In this document: piece by piece, positions 7,529 through 13,260 of the stretch | Numbering within the stretch: the stretch's first letter is position 1 | How the letters are laid out: each line of letters opens with the position of its first letter | Origin: Candidatus Fermentibacteraceae bacterium | Lineage (GTDB): Bacteria > Fermentibacterota > Fermentibacteria > Fermentibacterales > JCC-6 | Direction: 5' to 3' | NCBI GenBank assembly: GCA_041686025.1 | Contig: JAWLEP010000058.1 | Location: forward strand, 1 to 13,260 | DNA: 13,260 bases | Notes under the pieces: generated by a model | The model's database searches: none | Seen by the model: the letters and a program-made list of their open reading frames with translations, nothing else | What the model was told of the DNA's origin: nothing | Position numbers and translations under genes: made by a program

Positions 7529-8655
7529 ATGGCGCCGGCCGCAACGGCGCACCTCTCGCCCAAGGACATGCCGAACTCAGCCACCAGCTGGGCCACCAGC
7601 TCCCGCACGGAGACTATCCCGGTCACCCGGTGGGCGTTGGCTCCGGCAAAGGCGAAGCCCTCCCGCAGATCACCCTCCCTGGCCCGCATCAGGGCCCTGG
7701 CTATGCAGTACGGCGCCTTCCCGACATCGCACGAGCGCAGGCACTGCCAGAAGCACCCCAGGGGCCTGCTCTCGCCCCGGGCCACCGCATCCAGCAGCGG
7801 GCTCCTGATGGCGCGGCCGGGCAGGCCCACCGGGCTGTCGATGATCACCAGGTCCTCGGGCCGGCAGTCCACATAGGCCTGCTTGAACGCCGGGTGGGCA
7901 TCGCACTCCCTGGTGGCCACGAACCGGGTACCCATCTTCACCCCGGCGGCGCCCTGGTCCATGATGCAGCGTATGTCCTTCCCGGTGAAGATCCCTCCGG
8001 CGGCGATCACCGGGATCTTCCTGCCGTAGCGCTCCTCGAAGACGGACATGGCGGTCAGGGTCTCCGCCAGGATTTCCTCCAGACCGGGAGGATCACCCTC
8101 CAGCTGCTCCCTGCTGAAACCCAGATGCCCCCCGGCAGCCGGGCCTTCCACCACCACGGCGTCGGGTATGCGCCCGTAGTGCCTGTCCCATGAAGCGAAT
8201 ATCACCCTGGCGGCCTTGGCGCTGGATACCTTGGGGATGATCTTCGTCCCGCTGCGCTGGAGCTCCTCCAGGCTTACCGAAGACGGCATCCTCACCAGCA
8301 GGCCGGCGCCGATGAAGACCATGTCCACACCTTCCACGACGGACACCCTGAAGAGACTCTCGAAGTCGGACAGGGCCATCATCAGGTTCACGCCCAGCAC
8401 ACCCCGGGAGAGTTCCCTGGCCCTACGAATCTGCCCCCGAAGGGCCCTCTCGTCGGCGGCGGCCAGGTCCTTGCGGAAGTCGGGCTCCAGCCTGCCGACC
8501 CCGGCGGCGGAGATGACGCCCACGCAGCCCTCCTCGGCCACCGCAGACGCCAGGCCGGAGAGGGATATCCCCACCCCCATGCCCCCCTGCACTATGGGCA
8601 GCGCAACCCTGAGGTCGCCAATTCGCATCTCCGGCATCTTGCGCGTTTCGATCAC
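7525..8655 (-). CDS. Nitronate monooxygenase/FabK-superfamily FMN enzyme of the FabX/UfaA clade, with a four-Cys putative [4Fe-4S] motif
   Basis: PIVQGGMGVGIS, VEGPAAGGHLGF, PVIAAGGI, MGTRFVATRECDA, SPVGLPGRAI, CFWQCLRSC..PYCIA and FAGANAHRV. Start at GTG 8655 or ATG 8637. Confidence 0.9.
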   Translation of the reverse strand: MIETRKMPEMRIGDLRVALPIVQGGMGVGISLSGLASAVAEEGCVGVISAAGVGRLEPDFRKDLAAADERALRGQIRRARELSRGVLGVNLMMALSDFESLFRVSVVEGVDMVFIGAGLLVRMPSSVSLEELQRSGTKIIPKVSSAKAARVIFASWDRHYGRIPDAVVVEGPAAGGHLGFSREQLEGDPPGLEEILAETLTAMSVFEERYGRKIPVIAAGGIFTGKDIRCIMDQGAAGVKMGTRFVATRECDAHPAFKQAYVDCRPEDLVIIDSPVGLPGRAIRSPLLDAVARGESRPLGCFWQCLRSCDVGKAPYCIARALMRAREGDLREGFAFAGANAHRVTGIVSVRELVAQLVAEFGMSLGERCAVAAGAI

Positions 8656-8682
8656 TCTACCACTGACCTTTCCGGATGTGCC

Positions 8683-8701
8683 ATGTTGACAATGGCAACA
8701 T
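8683..8701. promoter_or_regulatory. Putative TetR operator 1 (19-bp imperfect palindrome)
   Basis: ATGTTGACAATGGCAACAT, 8 of 9 symmetric pairs. It lies between the divergent tetR and FabX-like genes and covers the predicted transcription start region of the latter. Confidence 0.75.
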
Positions 8702-8728
8702 CATAGAGCAGTATGTTTACGTTGTCAA
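8700..8728 (-). promoter_or_regulatory. Near-consensus sigma70 promoter of the FabX-like gene
   Basis: TTGACA (8728..8723)-17 nt-TATGAT (8705..8700). Confidence 0.8.
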
Positions 8729-8731
8729 CTT
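8713..8731. promoter_or_regulatory. Putative TetR operator 2
   Basis: ATGTTTACGTTGTCAACTT, 14/19 identical to operator 1 and offset by 30 bp. It covers the -35 of the minus-strand promoter. Confidence 0.7.
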
Positions 8732-8782
8732 TGCCGGGTATCTCTCAGACGGCACGGGCGGGCACCTCCTAAGGAGAGCTGC

Positions 8783-9520
8783 ATGTCGCAGAGGAAGTAC
8801 GGCAGCGATGAGCGCAGGCGAATGCTGATCCAGACCACCGCTACCATGCTGGAGGAGGGGGGTCTGAAGGCCGTGACAATGCGGGCGCTGAGCGCAAGGA
8901 TAGGCATTTCTCACGCCGCTCCCTACCGCCACTTCCGCAACAAGACCGCTCTGCTGGCCGCGGTGGCGGAGGACGGCTTCGCCAGACTCGCAGAGCAACT
9001 GGAGAGGCTCGACGGGGCATGGGGCGGAGAGCCCCTGGAGCGATTCCGCACCTCCGCCTGCGGGTACGTCCGCTTCGCCGTCGACAACCCCGGGCTTTAC
9101 ATGCTGATGTTCGGCATGGAGCCGGACGCCGAGGGGCCCATCCCCCGGCCGGCGCAGCCGGGCCACAGGATTCTCTCCATCCTGCGGAAGATGATCCGGG
9201 AGTGCCAGAGCCATGGGGTCTTCAGGCGGGAGAGCCCGGCGGATCAGGCCGCCTTCGCCTGGGCAGCGATTCACGGCCTCTCCATGCTGATGATCAACGG
9301 GCTGGCAGACAATCCCGCTGCGGCACTGCAGGGCGGGCAGGCCCGCCCCGCGGCTTCCGGGGAATACCCGCCCCCGCCAGTATCGGACAGGGAGATCGCA
9401 GAGAGGACAGTAAAGTTCCTGGTTCGGAGCTTCGCCGAGCCGCCGAAAGACGCGGGCGAAGAGACCTCCGCCCCGGTCCCGGACGAGGAACTCGTATCGA
9501 AAGGAGATGAACGACCATGA
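8783..9520 (+). CDS. TetR/AcrR family transcriptional regulator with a WHG-type C-terminal domain
   Basis: HTH LKAVTMRALSARIGISHAAPYRHFRNKTALL, then YVRFAVDNPGLYMLMF and WAAIHGLS. AAGGAG RBS. Confidence 0.93.
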   Translation: MSQRKYGSDERRRMLIQTTATMLEEGGLKAVTMRALSARIGISHAAPYRHFRNKTALLAAVAEDGFARLAEQLERLDGAWGGEPLERFRTSACGYVRFAVDNPGLYMLMFGMEPDAEGPIPRPAQPGHRILSILRKMIRECQSHGVFRRESPADQAAFAWAAIHGLSMLMINGLADNPAAALQGGQARPAASGEYPPPPVSDREIAERTVKFLVRSFAEPPKDAGEETSAPVPDEELVSKGDERP

Positions 9521-9753
9521 AGGGCTTCAAGCTGGTGCTTGTGCTGCTGCTGGCCGTGATTCTGATCACGGCGGTGCTGCAGAACATGCAGACGGTGACG
9601 GCGAGTTTCCTCTGGATGAGGGCCGAGATGCCCGCGGCGCTGCTGCTGCTGCTGACGGCGGTGGTTGGCTTCGCGGCGGGGCTGCTCGTCGCCCTGCTGC
9701 CGAGAGACGCGGCCCGATCAAAACCCAAACAGGAAGGTAGCGAGATAACATGA
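9517..9753 (+). CDS. LapA/DUF1049-like small membrane protein
   Basis: Two transmembrane helices separated by QNMQTVTASFLWMRAEMP, matching the LapA-like QNxxxVxxxFL pattern, with a charged tail. ATGA overlap with the tetR stop. Confidence 0.75.
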   Translation: MKGFKLVLVLLLAVILITAVLQNMQTVTASFLWMRAEMPAALLLLLTAVVGFAAGLLVALLPRDAARSKPKQEGSEIT

Positions 9754-10049
9754 ACGAGAGAGAGCTCTACCGGCAGAAGATGGAGGCGCAGCTGAACGAA
9801 TGGAAGGCCGACCTGGACAAGCTGAAGGCCAAGGCTTCCGGGGCCGACGCCGACGCCAGGCTGAAGCTGAAGGGCAAGGTCAGGGAGATAGAGACCGAGC
9901 TGGAGAAGGGCAAGTCGAAGCTGCGGAAGCTCTCCGAAGCGGGAGAGGACAGCTGGGACTCGGTCAAGGAGGACCTCAGCTCCTCCTGGGACTCGCTGAA
10001 GTCCGCCTTCGGCGAGGTCAGCCACGTCTTCGACGAAAAGGACGAGTAG
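9750..10049 (+). CDS. Small coiled-coil protein (sll1863-like family)
   Basis: YRQKMEAQLNEWKADLDKLKAKA...AGEDSWDSVKEDLSSSWDSLKSAF pattern, highly charged and helical. ATGA overlap with the upstream stop and GGAAGG RBS. Confidence 0.78.
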   Translation: MNERELYRQKMEAQLNEWKADLDKLKAKASGADADARLKLKGKVREIETELEKGKSKLRKLSEAGEDSWDSVKEDLSSSWDSLKSAFGEVSHVFDEKDE

Positions 10050-10053
10050 AGGA

Positions 10054-11283
10054 CTAGAAGTCCCAGTCCGGAAAAGGCCGGGGCATCAGCAGCATGCGGT
10101 CCAGCTGCGAGACCAGCTCCTGCGGCGCCTGCAGGCGGTCGCAGGCGGCAAGGGCCGAAGCCCCGGCCGAGCCGATCCACAGCCTGCTGAAGGCACCAAC
10201 CGAGGCCCTCATCAACGGCAGACCCGGGCTGTGGCCGGGACGCGCCCATGACTCCGCCCCCAGCCCCACCGTCCACTCCCCCGCGGTTCCCCGCCAGGAC
10301 GAGTCCCCGTCCAGGAAGCGCTCCACCGGGTCGGACAGCTCCAGGTTGAACTCGGCGCTTCCCCAGGGCACGCAGGTATCCTCCATGCAACCGGGCAGGT
10401 CCAGTATCCTCAGCTGCCAGTAGCAGACGGAGCGGAAGTAGGGGGCGAACCGCGAGCCCTCCCGGGCCCGCAGCCGCTTCAGCGGCTTGTCCAGCAGACC
10501 CAGCAGCGGGAAGCCCGCAGGCTGCTTCACCCGGACCAGATGGACCTGGTCACCCAGGGTCTTCAAGACCCCCAGCAGCTCCACCAGCTGCTCCCAGCTG
10601 CGGTAACAGAGCCAGGCGACCCAGTAAGGCCCGTGCTCGCCCTTGCAGGAGCCCAGCCAGAGGTGGTGGGTCAGCACCCCAGCTTCGTCCCTGTAGCCCA
10701 GGCCGGCAGGGCTCTTCTGCTCCCAGAGCATGTCCGCGCGGGTCACGGCAGAGGGGGTCAGCGTGCAGGAGCCGTGGCCCCGCATGCGATGGAGCCGGCA
10801 TCGGTGCACCTCCTCGAAGTCGTCGGTGCCCAGCCTCTCCGGCGGTCTGTCCGGTATGTCCACCTTCAGGCAGGCGGGGTCTATGCCCATCCAGGTGTCC
10901 GGAGAACCGGCCCCGAAGCCCAGCCGGTCGTAGTATCCGTGGTCGAAGACGCCCAGCATGGCCACCTCCGCACCCTCGGCGTGGTCCAGGGCCATCAACT
11001 CCGCCGTAACCCTGCCGGCCAGGCCGCGCTTCCGTCCGGCGTAGCCGGTGGTTATGGAGAGTACGGCCGACAGGGGAAGGTCGCGCTCCAGGTGCCTGAT
11101 GGATCCGGGTACGGAGATTCCCATGCACTCCGGCCTTCCGCGGAGGTCGGCCATCCGGGTCCTGCCGCTCTCCAGCAGGCAGTCCAGCCCGTCGGTCTTC
11201 TCGCCCTCGATCCAGCCCACCTCGCGCTGGATCCTCACCGCGTGGTCGCGATCGGTATCCGCCCTGTACTCCCTGGATATCAT
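10054..11283 (-). CDS. Eis-like GNAT acetyltransferase (tandem GNAT plus SCP2-like C-terminal domain)
   Basis: Acetyl-CoA loop ITTGYAGRKRGLAGR, GYYDRLGFG, 409 aa, and C-terminus ending PFPDWDF. GGAGGTG RBS. Confidence 0.82.
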   Translation of the reverse strand: MISREYRADTDRDHAVRIQREVGWIEGEKTDGLDCLLESGRTRMADLRGRPECMGISVPGSIRHLERDLPLSAVLSITTGYAGRKRGLAGRVTAELMALDHAEGAEVAMLGVFDHGYYDRLGFGAGSPDTWMGIDPACLKVDIPDRPPERLGTDDFEEVHRCRLHRMRGHGSCTLTPSAVTRADMLWEQKSPAGLGYRDEAGVLTHHLWLGSCKGEHGPYWVAWLCYRSWEQLVELLGVLKTLGDQVHLVRVKQPAGFPLLGLLDKPLKRLRAREGSRFAPYFRSVCYWQLRILDLPGCMEDTCVPWGSAEFNLELSDPVERFLDGDSSWRGTAGEWTVGLGAESWARPGHSPGLPLMRASVGAFSRLWIGSAGASALAACDRLQAPQELVSQLDRMLLMPRPFPDWDF

Positions 11284-11313
11284 GGCCCACCTCCCGGGCT
11301 GTGGTTTTGACGC

Positions 11314-11344
11314 TCAAATATATTTGATACCGCAAAGCGGTCAA
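11314..11344 (-). promoter_or_regulatory. Promoter of the Eis-like gene overlapped by a perfect 14-bp palindrome
   Basis: TTGACC (11344..11339)-16 nt-TATATT (11322..11317). The palindrome TCAAATATATTTGA at 11314-11327 covers the -10. Confidence 0.65.
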
Positions 11345-11433
11345 TTCCCTGATGATTTTGTGGGGACGGTAGCGACACAAGATGGTATTATTGTCTTGAA
11401 TAGGGCATTTTACTTTTATAAAACTTGATGAAC

Positions 11434-13092
11434 TTAATCTCCGTCCCCGGGAGACATGGCGTCCATGAGCGCTCTGCCCCGGGGAGTCGGGAAGAGGACG
11501 TCAACCCGGCCTCCCGCCTGCCGGAAGTCCAGGGGATCTTCCCGGCCCCGGAAGACCAGATGGCCGCCGGGGGCCTCGAAGTAGCTGTCGTAGATCCCCA
11601 CCTCCTCGCGGTACACGTCGGGGTTGCGGTAGAAGCGCCGGTACATCCCTGCCCCCAGTATGACCACGTCGTAGCGGCGGCCGTCTTCCCCCACGCCGGG
11701 CTCCTCCATGTCGGTGATGGTCCGATAGTAGTCGACGTCCCAGCGTTCGGGGTCCAGGTAGACGGTGTACGACTCCGCGGCGATACTCAGCTCGTCCAGG
11801 ACCTCCCTGGCGGGAGTGGTGGCCGCCGCCCGGTCGAACCAGGCCTGGGCCTTTGCCTTGCCGCTGGGGGACGGTGCCTGGAGCAAGGAGGGCATGGCCA
11901 GGAGGGCGGGCACCAGGGGAAGAAGAACCAGCAGGCCCGCAGCCGGCGAGAACCCCAGCCGTGAGGCTCCCCATGTCCGGACCGGCTTCGGCAGGCGGCG
12001 GTACAGGGTCTCGGCCATGGTGCCGGCGGCGGCCATGAGAAGCACCATCACCGGCAGGATGTTCCGCGCGAAATGCACCAACTGGATTCCCATGAGAAGG
12101 AAGAAGACCAGCCCGGTCGACAGCAGCGCCGCCGAGCGGGACCCGTAGCGCCGCCAGACCGAGAACAGGCCCGGAACCCCCAGCAGGAGGAGGGCGGGGT
12201 TGTCCCTCCAGATGAAGCCGATGTACCAGGCGAAGCTGTTGCCGGTCACTCCCAGGTGCCCGGTGGCGTAGTGCCTTATCTCCGCCCGGATGCCCGCCGA
12301 GGCATGTTCGAAGTCGATGAGAACGAAGGGTGAGGTTAACGCGAAGGCCAGGGCAAAGAGGCCGGCGCACACCAGCAGGTCCCGCACCCTGTGCCCCCAT
12401 CGGCTCCGAGCGTACAGCAGGGCCGTCAGCCCCACCGCTACCGCCAGTGCGCCGTAGTTGTACTTGCTGGAGGTGGCCAGGCCACCGAGGACGGCGCTCA
12501 GCCAGAGCAGCCGCCTGCTGCCCCGGGAGACCGCGTTGGTGGCGGCCGCCACGCAGCCCAGGGCGAAGAAGGTGGCAATCACGTCCACGGTCATGTAGTG
12601 CGACAGCCGGATGTGCCCGGGGTCCAGGGCCAGCAGGAGGGCGGGGAGCAGGGCGAATCCGGCGTCTTGCGTCAGCTCCCTGGCCAGCCAGTAGAGCAGC
12701 AGCACGCTCAGGGCTCCGAACAGGGCGGAGACGGCCCGTCCCAGCAGCAGCATGGAGGGCGTACCCACCAGTCCCACCGACATCTCCAGGCCCCTGATGG
12801 GGCGCAGGTCCTCGGCCGACTCGAATCTCCCCGCCAGCCGGCCGGTCAGGTAACCGGCGTACATGGCGCAGGCGTCGATGTACATGGGCAGGCTGGGGTA
12901 CCTGAAGAAACCGGGGTTGGGGGTGGAGCTGCGGATCATGTGAACGGCAGTGTTGTACCGGCAGGGCTCATCCGTGTGTGAGAGGTAGGGCAGCTCCTGG
13001 CCGAAGTCCAGCCGCCACAGGCGAAGGAAGAGCCCCAGGGCCACGGTCAGTGCGAGAACGATGCGAACGGTCCTGGCGGCCGATGCAGTCAT
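11434..13092 (-). CDS. GT-C fold membrane glycosyltransferase (PMT_2/ArnT-like)
   Basis: First TM helix ending LRLWRL, then the loop motif HTDE, NPGFFRYPSL, GRAVSALFG, SHYMTVD and ATSSKYN. About 10-12 TM helices and a soluble C-terminal domain. ATG 13092 has a GAGAGG RBS; the ORF track starts at 13137. Confidence 0.85.
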   Translation of the reverse strand: MTASAARTVRIVLALTVALGLFLRLWRLDFGQELPYLSHTDEPCRYNTAVHMIRSSTPNPGFFRYPSLPMYIDACAMYAGYLTGRLAGRFESAEDLRPIRGLEMSVGLVGTPSMLLLGRAVSALFGALSVLLLYWLARELTQDAGFALLPALLLALDPGHIRLSHYMTVDVIATFFALGCVAAATNAVSRGSRRLLWLSAVLGGLATSSKYNYGALAVAVGLTALLYARSRWGHRVRDLLVCAGLFALAFALTSPFVLIDFEHASAGIRAEIRHYATGHLGVTGNSFAWYIGFIWRDNPALLLLGVPGLFSVWRRYGSRSAALLSTGLVFFLLMGIQLVHFARNILPVMVLLMAAAGTMAETLYRRLPKPVRTWGASRLGFSPAAGLLVLLPLVPALLAMPSLLQAPSPSGKAKAQAWFDRAAATTPAREVLDELSIAAESYTVYLDPERWDVDYYRTITDMEEPGVGEDGRRYDVVILGAGMYRRFYRNPDVYREEVGIYDSYFEAPGGHLVFRGREDPLDFRQAGGRVDVLFPTPRGRALMDAMSPGDGD

Positions 13093-13260
13093 CCGGCAGC
13101 CTCTCCGGCCCGGCCCTGCATTCGGGACGCATCGCACCCGGGCGTTGGGCGATGCGGCAGAGCAGCACTCGGTATTACATATTTATTGAACCAGATTCTT
13201 CGTCAACCTGGCAAAGGGCCTGGGGGCGGGAGGCGCCAGCCTTCTGCTCAGGTGAAACCG

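Noticed and set aside
1..13260. CRISPR array, tRNA/rRNA, IS or prophage elements
   Set aside because: I saw no regularly spaced repeats, no cloverleaf or rRNA-like segment, and no transposase or integrase ORF. The intergenic spaces are short.
13172..13260. Defined promoter, third copy of the shared motif, or gene end at the right edge
   Set aside because: An AT-rich patch and a minus-strand TTGACG are present, but no -10 falls at good spacing. Similarity to TCAAATATATTTGA is weak and there is too little sequence to call a CDS.

Overview
GC-rich (roughly 70%, by eye) diderm bacterial chromosomal region with 12 complete CDSs and one partial CDS. I saw no RNA gene, CRISPR array or mobile element. 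Left to right: the N-terminus of a class III nucleotide cyclase (-, runs off the left edge, absent from the ORF track); a fusion of a degenerate DEDDh exonuclease-like domain to a GIY-YIG nuclease (-); a class I SAM methyltransferase (+); a CCA-adding enzyme with HD domain (-); a likely operon of beta-propeller lipoprotein, outer-membrane beta-barrel and Gate-domain membrane protein (+); a FabX/UfaA-clade flavo-Fe-S enzyme (-) divergent from a translationally coupled tetR(WHG)-lapA-like-coiled-coil operon (+), with two clear operators between them; an Eis-like GNAT acetyltransferase (-); and a GT-C (PMT_2/ArnT-like) glycosyltransferase (-). The most notable non-coding signal is a 21-bp motif, TTGCGnnATCAAATATATTTG (19/21 identical, palindromic core), found in the same orientation upstream of the methyltransferase and the Eis-like acetyltransferase about 9 kb apart. 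It suggests a regulon whose regulator is not evident in the window. The gene families remind me of Candidatus Fermentibacterota, but that is unverified inference.
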